Shown here one piece after another: positions 11,701 through 20,697 of a stretch of DNA of 64,000 nt. Every line of letters starts with the position of its first letter. Within the stretch, counting starts at the first letter, position 1. The notes below the pieces were generated by a model. The model was given only the letters and a program-made list of their open reading frames with translations, had not been told where the DNA came from and made no database searches. The stretch spans positions 96,001 to 160,000 of the forward strand of contig CAWGYD010000001.1 of assembly GCA_963826785.1 (NCBI GenBank), read 5' to 3'. The position numbers and the translations under genes were made by a program. Source of the DNA: an uncultured delta proteobacterium (GTDB lineage: Bacteria > Desulfobacterota > Desulfobacteria > Desulfobacterales > Desulfosalsimonadaceae).

Positions 11701-12191
11701 TGCATCTGGATCGCGCGCGCCGTCTTTCACGCGCTTTCGGCAGTACTTTAGGGCTATCCGATGGTGACCTGGAGGAAATGGAAATGATGATCCATCTCCA
11801 TGACATCGGCAAAATCGTGATTCCCGAAGAGTTGATCCGCAAGCCCGGACCGCTCGACCCCGAAGAGTGGGAAATGATCAAGCGGCACCCAGACGCGGGG
11901 TACAGAATTGCCAAGGCGTTTCCGGATACGGAAAAAATTTCCGAAAAGATCCTGGCCTACAGAGAAAATTGGGACGGCACCGGGTATCCCCGGGGGCTCA
12001 AGGGCGAGGAGATCCCCTATTTGTCACGGGTATTTTCCATTATCGATGCCTATGATGTGATGACCCATGAGCGCCCTTACGGGCGTCCGCTGACCCCGGA
12101 GGAGGCGCTGGATCAGATCCGGGCGGCGGCGGGGAAGAAATTCGAAGCCCGACTGGTAAACTCCTTTATTGAAAGCCTTTCGACATCATAA
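8739..12191 (+). CDS. Multi-PAS diguanylate cyclase/HD-GYP protein (paralogue of the upstream gene)
   Basis: PAS repeats, RESDIIARWGGDEF, LHDIGK and WDGTGYPRGL; long stretches nearly identical to 4971-8470. Confidence 0.92.
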   Translation: MNINDIHDARAHIEAVFETVRDPLLIIGEQFRAIYANPAFYGKFRLSETEAKNQPVFELAGGVFDADALQAALSTIAAGKTDVFELNLKARLLKEGDRILRISGRRIGEENGNGLRILLSIQDDTEQVMNRRALDLIDRSPNLVIHLDPDRTYRFVNAAFARLAGMEAEQIRGKRLGEIRFPERLTQYVNQALDEVEREGAEKTFEIPFEGRIHMSAVVPVREASGAFSFMIYTVDITELRKTQKMLEEKQQRLAESESRFRRVLEDSQDIAYRIDLTTRGVDYVSPIIQAMVGYSGEDLNRTGMKILREGIHPEDWKRLNAEFSELMASDRSSGIAEFRFKGKDTDYFWFADKFSVIRDDKGVPRYRVGMVRDVTTDKKMEEIVRVSLDTAEKRALEAEEGRRILEAILENVPEGLIIADAEKNQVRLVSRYLAEFSGMSRTDFENKPLSDYAEKIKIMKMNGEPIAFEEMPLWRSLNVGDRVESENYLMTSPDGNIIPVLVNTAPIRDGEGRIIGGVAAWRNIEHLIEVEEELRSSRDTAREAARRAEEQRRILEAIIASIPEGFMISKAPDGILQLVSTYFENFIGIPVKQMMQMNIAERFASLGEFHRYDDGADSFEDYPGLRALKYGEVVINEEWSLLKPDKTRAVISVIAAPVRDPEGEITHSVVSWRDVTESKNMEASLRRNQYELQTLVESSPDIIMRLDRELRYIFVNTAYEQITGLTREQFIGRNNQELGMPEAHSRQWEEATRKVVSSGREASIEFSFSGLFGNRHFWARIIPEFDKGGLVESVMMVARDITERKRAEAHIRFVSFHDSVTGLYNRAYFEEEIARLDTNRSLPLGFIVGDVNHMKLINDIFGHSEGDRLLMAIADIFREACRESDIIARWGGDEFAVILPKTDIATTRGICDRIQTLLKQHKGAVIRPGISLGTAAKTDAGEKIQRVIRLAEESMYDGKLIESRNNQELVLSSLMSKLDAKCPELGLHLDRARRLSRAFGSTLGLSDGDLEEMEMMIHLHDIGKIVIPEELIRKPGPLDPEEWEMIKRHPDAGYRIAKAFPDTEKISEKILAYRENWDGTGYPRGLKGEEIPYLSRVFSIIDAYDVMTHERPYGRPLTPEEALDQIRAAAGKKFEARLVNSFIESLSTS

Positions 12192-12381
12192 GCGGATTGT
12201 CTTTGCCGGTATATCAAAATTGCTGGGCTGATCGGCAATCGATTGCTTTTTCCGCTTTATCCGTGTAAGTTCCGATCCGGATTTCATTTTCCCCCAAAAG
12301 GCGCGAGGAAAAGGATTTCACCGCCTTTCGTTTTTTTCGTGAAAAATATGATTTTACAGAAGATGAACAGGAATATTTCTC

Positions 12382-12726
12382 TTGGAAAAACTGACAAGCC
12401 AGCAACGAAAGTATCTGAAGGGATTGGGCCACAAACTCAAGCCGGTGGTATTTGTAGGCCAGAAGGGTTTATCCGATTCCCTGGTCCGGGCGGTTGACGA
12501 ATCACTTGAAAAGCATGAACTGATCAAAATCAAATTCATCGATTTCAAGGAAAAATCCGAAAAAGAAGAAATCAGCGAAATGATTCAGGACCGCACAGGA
12601 TCGGAGCGGGTGGGCATGATCGGCCACATGGCCATGTTTTACCGGCAGCACCCCGATCCGGAAAAACAAAAAATCCACCTGCCCATGAAACGCATCGAAA
12701 AAAAAGCGCCCGCCCCTCGACCGTAA
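12382..12726 (+). CDS. yhbY: Ribosome assembly RNA-binding protein YhbY (CRM domain)
   Basis: LTSQQRKYLKGLGHKLKPVVFVGQKG..HELIKIK..IGHMAMFYR CRM signature. Confidence 0.92.
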   Translation: MEKLTSQQRKYLKGLGHKLKPVVFVGQKGLSDSLVRAVDESLEKHELIKIKFIDFKEKSEKEEISEMIQDRTGSERVGMIGHMAMFYRQHPDPEKQKIHLPMKRIEKKAPAPRP

Positions 12727-12778
12727 AAGCGTCGCCCCTGCGGTTGGAAAAACCCCGAAAATCGGTTATCCGCTTCCG

Positions 12779-13201
12779 CTATTGCACGTCCACGACCTTC
12801 ACATCGAAATAAAGGGTCTCGCCGGCCAGGGGGTGATTAAAATCGATGGTGGCCGTGCTCTCTTTTAATTCGGTCACCCTTCCCCGGAGGGTCTGCCCGT
12901 CGGGACTCTGGCTCTGCACCCGGGCGCCGGTCTGCTGCAGTTCTTGCGGCAGCTGAGTTTTTTCCACTTCGATGACGGCCTCGGGGATGGTCGGTCCGTA
13001 TCCTTCCTCCGGCTTGACCTCCACCTTTCGTTCATCGCCCTTTTCAAGGCCTTCTATCTCTTTTTCGAGCCCCGGGATGATCTGGTTGGAGCCGTGGACA
13101 TATGTCAGGGGTTCCCCTCCGACGTTGGTATCGACGACCTCATCGTTTTGAAGCTTGAGGGTATATTCAATGGAAACGGTTTTGCCTTCTGTAATGCTCA
13201 T
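12779..13201 (-). CDS. FKBP-type peptidyl-prolyl cis-trans isomerase (SlyD-like, no His tail)
   Basis: VSIEYTL..PLTYVHGSNQIIPGLE..PEEGYG..DFNHPLAGETLYFDVKV; start moved to the ATG at 13201 after AAAGGA. Confidence 0.92.
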   Translation of the reverse strand: MSITEGKTVSIEYTLKLQNDEVVDTNVGGEPLTYVHGSNQIIPGLEKEIEGLEKGDERKVEVKPEEGYGPTIPEAVIEVEKTQLPQELQQTGARVQSQSPDGQTLRGRVTELKESTATIDFNHPLAGETLYFDVKVVDVQ

Positions 13202-13453
13202 GTGTTCATCCTTTCTTTTTGATGCCGTTTTTTTTCGGCTCGATTCCAAAGTGCCCGTTTGCAGATGATGATCCAAGCGTGTACGGATGCATTTTGGCAG
13301 AAACAGGAAAAGAGAAAATCGGAGAAAACGACAGGGATATCCCTGAGTCCGCAAACAGGACGATTTGAATGTTATTAATTAAAACTTAAGAACCCTTCGG
13401 CTTGAATGCAAGCGTTTTTCTATGCCTGTGCCTTCACCATCCGGAAATCGAAT

Positions 13454-14170
13454 TCAGGCCCGGGAGGCGGAAAGGTAGAGGAGCACCGCAAAAAAATGGG
13501 CGGTGCTTCCCCCCAGAACGAACAGGTGCCAGATGGCATGGTTGTAGGGAAGCTTTTTCCAGACGTAGAAGACGATGCCCAGGGAATACAGCAGACCTCC
13601 GATGAAAATCCAGGCCAGCAGGCCCGCGGGCAGCAGATCCAGCATCGGCTTGATGGCGATGATGGCCAGCCACCCCATGGAGGCATAGATCGACAGGCTC
13701 ACCGCCTTGTGCCGGCCCAGGTAGAGGAGTTCATAGATCAGACCGGAGGCGGCCATGATCCAGATCAGGCAGAACAGGGTCCATCCCCAGGCACCCCGCA
13801 TGGCGATCAGGGTCACCGGGGTATAGGTGCCGGCGATCAGGACAAAGATAAAGGAATGATCCATCATCCGGAAAAAATGCTTGATCCGTTCGTTGGAAGA
13901 GGCGTGATACAGCGTCGATGCCAGGTACAGAAGGATCAGGGAGGCGCCGTAAATGGAAAAGCAGACCACCCGCCAGGTGTCCCGGTAATTGCCTCCGTAG
14001 GTGATCAGAACAATAAGGGCGATGATCCCCAGGGCCACGCCGATGCCGTGGGTGGCGGCGTTGGCGATCTCTTCGGATACGGTATAATGCATTTTGGGTT
14101 TGATTTTTCGATTGTCCGGGTGTTCCGGAAAAGCGGCGGTCATAAATTGAGCATCCTCTCGGCGATGCAT
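13454..14170 (-). CDS. Hemolysin III / PAQR family membrane protein; start may be downstream
   Basis: EEIANAATHG, STLYH, DHSFIFVLIAGTYTP and HAIWHLFVLGGS motifs. Confidence 0.92.
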   Translation of the reverse strand: MHRREDAQFMTAAFPEHPDNRKIKPKMHYTVSEEIANAATHGIGVALGIIALIVLITYGGNYRDTWRVVCFSIYGASLILLYLASTLYHASSNERIKHFFRMMDHSFIFVLIAGTYTPVTLIAMRGAWGWTLFCLIWIMAASGLIYELLYLGRHKAVSLSIYASMGWLAIIAIKPMLDLLPAGLLAWIFIGGLLYSLGIVFYVWKKLPYNHAIWHLFVLGGSTAHFFAVLLYLSASRA

Positions 14171-14463
14171 TTGCAGCGCAAATTAACATATAAAATCGGA
14201 TCCGGTTCTCCGGCTTACCCCGGTAAATCGATTCCGGATCAATGAAATGCGGATTTTTTTTACAAAGCGATCAGAAAAGATATTTTTTCCCGATTTCAGG
14301 GTAGAGATCTTCATCCCCTTTGCCGCTTTGGGGGCGGAAATCTCATTCTGGTCCACTATCGGATCCGCATAGAAATTTTTCTATCACGGATGAGGCGCAA
14401 TGAAAACCGCTTTATTCGGACCTGAAATAAACGGCCCTGGTGCGGAAGTTTCGGATGCCGGCT

Positions 14464-15420
14464 TTACTCCGCGTGCCCGATTCGGTCCGGGCCCCTGACC
14501 GGCCATACGAAAAATTCCGGGTTGGTCTTGTAGCCCACCCCTATGATGCCGTCGATGGTGTAGAGCGCCCAGGCATAGGTCCGGTCGTAGCGGCTGGTGG
14601 TGGCGGACCAGTAAAATTGTCGCACATTTGCAAACGGCGCCCCTGCCGGCAGTGCTGGCGAATCGGCATTCAGGTCCACCAGGCTTTCGAGTTCCCGGAT
14701 GTGGGGAAGCCGCCAGTCGGCATGACCGTATCGCGCATCCCTGTTCATGGCCTCGATTTTTCGGACGGCGGTCTGCCAGTCCACCGGTTTTCGGGTAAGA
14801 TCTGCGTCTTTTGACCAGGCAAGCCCGGTCAATCGATCGACTGCCGTATATCCGTCCCCGGTGAATCGGGGGGAGGGCCAGCAGATGCCGGTTTGAAATT
14901 GGCCGTCCTGGCCGGAATGGTCACAGGCCATCTTTTGCCCGGCCGCGTCATAGCAGGATGTCTGGCCGGTTTGAAAAATGCGGGCAGGTCCGGCGCTCCG
15001 CACCGGCCAGACCATGTAAGAGCCGTGCTTCATCCCTTTAAACACCCGGGCGCCGCCCAGGTGGATGTACCATGCCTGGTCCGGCAGACGGCGGCAGGTG
15101 GTGGACGTCCAGTAATAACCGTTAAAGACATTTTTGAATGGATGGCCTTCCGGCAGGGCCGGGTTAATGCTGTCATAGCTGATCAGGCTCATCAGTTCCC
15201 GGCGGTTGGGCAGTTTCCAGTCGGTATGCCCGAATTGTTCATTGCGGTTCATCTGTTCAATGAACTCGAAGGCCTCCGCCCAGGAAAGCGGAAATTCGGA
15301 AATACCGGCATCTTTCATCCAGATCATCCCCGAGCGGGTATCGTGGACTTGATCCCCCGCAACGATAAAGCGGCTACGCGATTTGAAAACAGCACAGATA
15401 ATGGTAATCCCCCACGTCAC
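14464..15420 (-). CDS. DUF1566 (Lcl C-terminal) double-domain protein; start uncertain
   Basis: Two repeats of D..TG/SG-(L/M).W..DA....WxLP..REL.SL...YW(T/S).TT....WPVR. Confidence 0.85.
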   Translation of the reverse strand: MTWGITIICAVFKSRSRFIVAGDQVHDTRSGMIWMKDAGISEFPLSWAEAFEFIEQMNRNEQFGHTDWKLPNRRELMSLISYDSINPALPEGHPFKNVFNGYYWTSTTCRRLPDQAWYIHLGGARVFKGMKHGSYMVWPVRSAGPARIFQTGQTSCYDAAGQKMACDHSGQDGQFQTGICWPSPRFTGDGYTAVDRLTGLAWSKDADLTRKPVDWQTAVRKIEAMNRDARYGHADWRLPHIRELESLVDLNADSPALPAGAPFANVRQFYWSATTSRYDRTYAWALYTIDGIIGVGYKTNPEFFVWPVRGPDRIGHAE

Positions 15421-15943
15421 TGGTCTTGAAACTCTGAAAACCGTGGGCTTTGAGGAATGACTTCAGTTCTTCGGGAGAAAGCCGGATGTGCCGGGGCGGT
15501 CCGGGCGGGCCCTCGATTTTTTTAAATTCCACCACCGCGAGGATGCCGTCGTCTTTCAACACGCGCCTGATTTCCGACAGGGCCCCTTGAGCCTTTTGAT
15601 CTTCGATCAGGTCGTGAAGCACGGATGCGGTCAGGCACAGGTCGATGAAGTCATCGGATGCCGGGATATGGACGCTGACATCCGCCACCTCGGCGCGGAT
15701 ATTGGTGATGGCTTTTTTCGATATGGATTCTTTCAAAAGGGCGATTCCTTCCGCCCACGCATCAACGGCGTAGACCACACCGCCGTCTCCGATGACCTCG
15801 GCCAGGGCCAGCGTATACGCACCCGGCCCGCACCCGGCATCCAGCACCCGGCTGCCGGGAATCAGGGGAAGCGATTTGAACAGCCGTTTCCGGTCGATCA
15901 GGTCAAAGCTGTCCTTTCCCGCGCCTGCGGGTTTTTCAGGCAT
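15374..15943 (-). CDS. Class I SAM-dependent methyltransferase
   Basis: VLDAGCGPG motif I, VYAVD, RRVLKDDG; RBS AAGGAGG before the ATG at 15943. Confidence 0.88.
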   Translation of the reverse strand: MPEKPAGAGKDSFDLIDRKRLFKSLPLIPGSRVLDAGCGPGAYTLALAEVIGDGGVVYAVDAWAEGIALLKESISKKAITNIRAEVADVSVHIPASDDFIDLCLTASVLHDLIEDQKAQGALSEIRRVLKDDGILAVVEFKKIEGPPGPPRHIRLSPEELKSFLKAHGFQSFKTSDVGDYHYLCCFQIA

Positions 15944-15953
15944 CGAGTCCTCC

Positions 15954-17141
15954 TTACTGCGTCTGGATGGCAAACCGGAGCAGCGCCCCGATGCCGTGTC
16001 TGGCAAAATCCGCGTGATCGGTGAACACATGCTCGATTTTCGCGTCCTGCTGAAGGGCGAAATCGATCAACTCGTCGGGAAGATAAACCGTGTGCCGCAT
16101 GGACTGGCCGCACATGGGACAGGACTGCTCCATGGAGGAGAGGATCCGGTCGTTGTCGCAGATGAATCCCTCGGCATGAAAATCATGGTTCATCACCAGG
16201 GTATGCACCTGGCCCAGACCCAGCGCCTTGATGACGGGATCCAGTCCGACGACGCTCAGCCCCTGGGGGCCGCATTTCTCAAAAAGATCCTGCAGGACCT
16301 GCTCCTCACGGGCGCGTTCCCACCGGGCGGCCGCGGCAAGCGCCTTTTCCTTGAGCTGGGGTGTGGGATCATCCGGCTGTGCGGAAAATTCACCGGCCAG
16401 GCGTTCCTGAAGGTAGCTGTGCAGGTGCGTCTTGAGCCGGGGGAGCGTCTTGTCCTCGGGACCGGCCAGGATCAGCCTCGAAAATCCCTCTTCCTTGAAA
16501 TAATCAAACACCCGGGCGGCCACGGCCTTCAAGTGTTTGTGCATGTGCTCCTTGATGTGCCGGTCGATTCCCTGGGAGCCGTATCCGCTCTGCACCTCCG
16601 TTTCGTTTCTCGTGATCATGCCCCTGCGGGCGTCGCTTGCGCCCACCCGGTCCGGCACCTCGCTTTCCATGAAAATATCGGGTTCCGGCTCCAGCGCGCC
16701 CATGTGCAGCGAAAAAATCCGGGCTTTGCGTGAATCAACCACCAGCACCAGGTAGCGTTCAAATTCATCCAGCAGAACGGAGAGCGGCCGGGTGTAGGGA
16801 TCCGAGTTGATCACCATCCGGCTGGGCCGGTCCATCGGCAGCAGGTATTCCTTGAAAATGCCGTCCATGTCTGCAAAAAGCGCCACCAGGCGGGTTTGTT
16901 TCAGCGGTTTGAGATGGTTGACATAGGTCTTTAAGGTATCAAACGTCTTTTCCAGATCCCGCACCCGGTCCTTGTCCACGCCGCCGTCCTGCTTCATTTC
17001 GGTGAGGGCCTGATGGGCCAGGGAATTGATCTCCGTCTCGATGCGCCGGAGGGGTTGGACGTTCAGATAGAGACTGACCACCGGGGGAGACTTGCTTTCA
17101 AACCGGCTCAATTCTTCGATTTCATTTCTTTCGATTACCAT
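15954..17141 (-). CDS. Bacterial archaeo-eukaryotic release factor-like protein (baeRF, eRF1/pelota fold; probably family 10)
   Basis: VVSLYLNV, PYTRPL, YLVLVVDSRKARIF, RLILAGP, GQVHTLV, a C..CPMCG Zn-ribbon insert and a C-terminal GIGALLRF typical of aRF1-like proteins. Confidence 0.82.
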   Translation of the reverse strand: MVIERNEIEELSRFESKSPPVVSLYLNVQPLRRIETEINSLAHQALTEMKQDGGVDKDRVRDLEKTFDTLKTYVNHLKPLKQTRLVALFADMDGIFKEYLLPMDRPSRMVINSDPYTRPLSVLLDEFERYLVLVVDSRKARIFSLHMGALEPEPDIFMESEVPDRVGASDARRGMITRNETEVQSGYGSQGIDRHIKEHMHKHLKAVAARVFDYFKEEGFSRLILAGPEDKTLPRLKTHLHSYLQERLAGEFSAQPDDPTPQLKEKALAAAARWERAREEQVLQDLFEKCGPQGLSVVGLDPVIKALGLGQVHTLVMNHDFHAEGFICDNDRILSSMEQSCPMCGQSMRHTVYLPDELIDFALQQDAKIEHVFTDHADFARHGIGALLRFAIQTQ

Positions 17142-17326
17142 AAGGGCATCCTTTCCCGAATCGTCTGTTACAGGATACAGCATTCGTCCAGCATTACAAA
17201 GGCTCGATTTTTTTGCCGGATAATGAATGACTTTATAGAAAAACATGATGCCGGAAGGCGCTTGTGTCAAGGATGCGGCGCAACTGGCGGGATTTTCGAT
17301 TTGAAGCGGTTCGGGAGCCGGTTCGT

Positions 17327-17794
17327 TTAAGATCGCTTCATCGAAAACATGGATTCAAAGGCATCGAGCAGCGGGAGTTGGCCGGGAAGGATTTTTTCCC
17401 GGGCGGTCTTCATGAAAAACCAATCGGCCCGGTCGACTTCGGGGAAAACGGCCTTTCGGCCCGATCGCGGAGGCCATTCCATTTCAAAGGTATTGCTTGC
17501 GATCACGGAGACCTCGATGTCGCCGGGAACCGCCCAGGCACAAACCTGCTTGCCTCCTTTCTGCACGACATCCGGCAGCCGGATGAACTCGCCTTCGGCC
17601 CTGAAGCCGGTCTCCTCGTAAAATTCCCGCGCGGCGGCCGTCAACGGGTCCTCGTCGGGATTAACTTCACCCTTGGGGATCGACCATGCGCCCGCATCCC
17701 GCTTTTTCCAGAAAGGCCCGCCGGGATGGACCAGCAGCACCTGAAGCTGTCCCTCTTTCCTGCGATACATGAGAATGCCGGCGCTCTTTTTCAT
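17327..17794 (-). CDS. NUDIX hydrolase
   Basis: SAGILMYR..LLVHPGGPFW..WSIPKGE..AAAREFYEETG Nudix box. Confidence 0.92.
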   Translation of the reverse strand: MKKSAGILMYRRKEGQLQVLLVHPGGPFWKKRDAGAWSIPKGEVNPDEDPLTAAAREFYEETGFRAEGEFIRLPDVVQKGGKQVCAWAVPGDIEVSVIASNTFEMEWPPRSGRKAVFPEVDRADWFFMKTAREKILPGQLPLLDAFESMFSMKRS

Positions 17795-17853
17795 ATGAAT
17801 TCAGGATGGCTCGAGCATCCCCCCTGCAGATAGCACAAATATTCAAATCCTGG

Positions 17854-17916
17854 CCCATTACCCATTACCTATTACCTATTACCTATTACCTATTACCTAT
17901 TACCCATTACCTGTTA
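17854..17916. repeat. Tandem heptanucleotide repeat, 9 copies of CC(C/T)(A/G)TTA
   Basis: CCCATTA x2, CCTATTA x5, CCCATTA, CCTGTTA read directly from the sequence, in the intergenic space after the CDF gene stop. Confidence 0.95.
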
Positions 17917-17920
17917 CCCT

Positions 17921-18802
17921 TCAGCCTTCTTCCCTGCTGTCCGGCTCCAGGTGGACCACCACATCCAGTACATCGGGCCCCTGATCGATGAGCCGGTGTT
18001 TTACTTTTTCGGCAATGTCGTGGCCGGTGCGGACGGAGAGTTGGGGATCGACCGCGATGTGAAGATCGACCTGCAGGTTCGGGCCGATTTTGCGGGTCCG
18101 GATGGCATGGACCTCCCTGACCCCGGAAACCCCGCCGGCAATATCGCCGATCAGTTCACGCTCGCCGGGGGCGGCGCCGCAGTCCGTTAGCTCCAGCAGC
18201 GGGGGGCAGATGATGTCCCAGGCGACTTTGAGAATAAAGATGGAAATGATCAGGGCGCCGATGTGGTCGATAAAGGCCCAGCGGGGTGCGCTGGCCGCCA
18301 CACCCACGGCGATCACCGCCGGTATGGAACTCAGGGCATCCGACCGGTGGTGCCAGGCATTCGCCACCAGCGCCGCGGATTTGGTCCGCCTGCCGATCCG
18401 GACGGTCCACTGGTACAGGATCTCCTTGCACACGATGGACAGGGCCGGGGCAAGCATGGCGATCCACAGGGTCTGCCGGTAATGCTTTTCACGGATGGTG
18501 ACCAGCGCATTCCAGGCGATGCCGACGGCAGCGGCGGCAAGCAGGATGGCGATGGCCGTGGTGATCAGCGCCTCGATCCGGTGGTGCCCGTATGGGTGGT
18601 TTTCATCCGGCGGGGCGGACCAGTACTTGACCCCGAACAGGACCGCAAAATCGGTGGCCAGGTCGGACAGGCTGTGGACACCGTCGGCAATCACCGCCTG
18701 GCTGGCACCGATGATGCCCAGCAAAAATTTTATCGCCGCCAGAACGATATTGATGATGATGCCGATCCAGGTGATCCGCCGGATCTCGGTGATCTGGGAA
18801 AT
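17921..18802 (-). CDS. Cation diffusion facilitator family transporter (FieF-like); probable ATT start at 18802
   Basis: ADGVHSLSD, HPYGHHRIE, AWHHRSD and VVHLEP CDF motifs. The frame stays open upstream of 18724 through TM1 (ISQITEIRRITWIGIIINIVLAAIK) to an ATT preceded by AGGAG. Confidence 0.88.
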   Translation of the reverse strand: MSQITEIRRITWIGIIINIVLAAIKFLLGIIGASQAVIADGVHSLSDLATDFAVLFGVKYWSAPPDENHPYGHHRIEALITTAIAILLAAAAVGIAWNALVTIREKHYRQTLWIAMLAPALSIVCKEILYQWTVRIGRRTKSAALVANAWHHRSDALSSIPAVIAVGVAASAPRWAFIDHIGALIISIFILKVAWDIICPPLLELTDCGAAPGERELIGDIAGGVSGVREVHAIRTRKIGPNLQVDLHIAVDPQLSVRTGHDIAEKVKHRLIDQGPDVLDVVVHLEPDSREEG

Positions 18803-18819
18803 AGCCGCTCTCCTGTGAA

Positions 18820-19176
18820 TCAGTCGATAAACTCGGCGATGGACTTGTGCCGCTGTTTGATTTCCTGCAGCAGGCTTTCCTGATGCCGCATCCGCAGAAA
18901 AGAACGGATGATCAGGTAGGCGCCCAGGGCGATTAAAAGGGTATTTAAAATAAACAGCGGCACCAGAAATCCGATGACATTTTTAACATCATAGTACCGG
19001 GAGGTGGCCACCAGCAAGCTCAAAACGGATAAGGGCAGCGCCAGCACGGCAATCCCGGTGCGCATCACGGCAAGCGATGTCCGCTTCTCCGCCAGGATAA
19101 GCTGGGCTTCATTGATGATGATGGCATCCGGCCCGGATTTGACGGCTGCTTCTCTTGCCTGGGTTCGTTTCGTCAA
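18820..19176 (-). CDS. Small membrane protein (DUF202/YidH-like)
   Basis: LAEKRTSLAVMRTGIA pattern followed by two TM segments. Confidence 0.7.
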   Translation of the reverse strand: MTKRTQAREAAVKSGPDAIIINEAQLILAEKRTSLAVMRTGIAVLALPLSVLSLLVATSRYYDVKNVIGFLVPLFILNTLLIALGAYLIIRSFLRMRHQESLLQEIKQRHKSIAEFID

Positions 19177-19426
19177 GATGTGTGCCTCTTTTTGGAATTC
19201 GACCGTGCTGACTCCGGGAAAAACTAATATGGACCGAATTGCAGATCAACTCTTTTTTTGCATTTCAGGGCGAAATCCGTTTTAAGATTCAAGAAGATAT
19301 CCGCATGGCCGGAAGATGATAATGCAGCCGGATCGAACAGTGCCTGGATGCAAAATGGAAGCAAAAGATGTATTGACATGAAAAAGCGCAAACCGGATAG
19401 TTTAGCTCACATATGAATCACGATAA

Positions 19427-20674
19427 ATGAGGTGCGAGATGATCCAAAATGAATGCAGCAAAACCGGCCGGCCCATGCCCCTTGAAGGGGTGCGGATCGT
19501 GGAATACGGTCTCTTTCATGCCGGCCCCGGCGGAACGGCCATCCTGGGCGACCTGGGGGCGGAAATCATCAAGATCGAATCCGGATTCGGCGACCCGGAG
19601 CGGTACTGGACGAAAATCGCCGGTCTGGACATGTCCCTTCCCAACAATGAAAGCCTGATGCACGAAGTTTCCAATCGGAACAAGCGGGGTATCTGCCTGG
19701 ATATCAAGACGGAAAAAGGCCGGCAGGTATTTGACCGGCTGGTCAAGGGCGCCGACGTGTTTCTGACCAACCTGAGAAAGAGCACCAAGGCCCGGCTGAA
19801 AATCGACTACGAGAGTTTAAAGTCATTAAATCCGAGGCTGATTCATGCCAACGTGTCCGGCTACGGGCCTCAAGGCCCCATGGAGGACCTGGGGGCGTTC
19901 GATCCCCTGGGCCAGGCCGTGTCCGGCATGATGTATACCACCGGCGCGGACGAGCCGTTGCTGATGCACCTGGGGATACTGGACCAGGCCACGGCCATGG
20001 CGGTCAGCCATGCCATCCTCACCGCCCTGTACGTCCGGGAGCGCAACGGCATCGGCCAGGAGGTGCATGTTTCGCTGTTCGGCACCGCCCTGTGGATGCA
20101 GCATCCCAACCTGATGCTGGCCTCCGTGCTGGGCGTCGATCCCTGCGTGCGCTCCGTCCGGACCGATCATTCGCCCCTGCGCAACCGGTTTAAGTGCAAA
20201 GACGGCGGGTGGATCATCGGCACCCACCACCCCGAGGAAAAATACTGGAAACGATTCTGTGAATTGACCGGGCATGCAGAATTGATGAAAGATGCCCGCC
20301 ACACCGATCCCCAGGGCCGGCCGATCCCGAGCGCCGAACTGCTGGCCCTGTTCGATGCCGTCTTTGCCACCCGCACCCGGGACGAGTGGATCGCGCTGTT
20401 TCTGGGGCAAGGGCTGATGTTCTGCCCGGTCAGGCATGTCCGGGAAATCAAGGAAGACGAGCAGGCCAGTGCCAACGGCTATGTCACGGATTTTAACCAC
20501 CCCGCACTCGGCAAGATCAAAATTCCGGGTTATCCCGTACATTTCTCCGAATGCCGGGCCGGCACCCGCACCGCCGCACCGGCACTGGGGCAGCACACCA
20601 CCGAGGTGCTCCGGGAAATCGGCTGCACGGATGAAGAAATCCGGGAAATGCGGGAATCGGGTGTGCTTGGATAG
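19427..20674 (+). CDS. CoA-transferase family III (CaiB/BaiF)
   Basis: PLEGVRIV..AGP..LGDLGAEIIKIE, NRNKRGICLD, SGYGPQGP and APALGQHT motifs. Confidence 0.93.
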   Translation: MRCEMIQNECSKTGRPMPLEGVRIVEYGLFHAGPGGTAILGDLGAEIIKIESGFGDPERYWTKIAGLDMSLPNNESLMHEVSNRNKRGICLDIKTEKGRQVFDRLVKGADVFLTNLRKSTKARLKIDYESLKSLNPRLIHANVSGYGPQGPMEDLGAFDPLGQAVSGMMYTTGADEPLLMHLGILDQATAMAVSHAILTALYVRERNGIGQEVHVSLFGTALWMQHPNLMLASVLGVDPCVRSVRTDHSPLRNRFKCKDGGWIIGTHHPEEKYWKRFCELTGHAELMKDARHTDPQGRPIPSAELLALFDAVFATRTRDEWIALFLGQGLMFCPVRHVREIKEDEQASANGYVTDFNHPALGKIKIPGYPVHFSECRAGTRTAAPALGQHTTEVLREIGCTDEEIREMRESGVLG

Positions 20675-20697
20675 GCGCGGCAAGCAATGCTTTTAAA

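Noticed and set aside
17854..17916. CRISPR array or coding repeat (ORF 17806-17991, LLPITHY repeats)
   Set aside because: Contiguous 7-bp units with no spacers and no cas genes. The ORF is an antisense by-product of the repeat.
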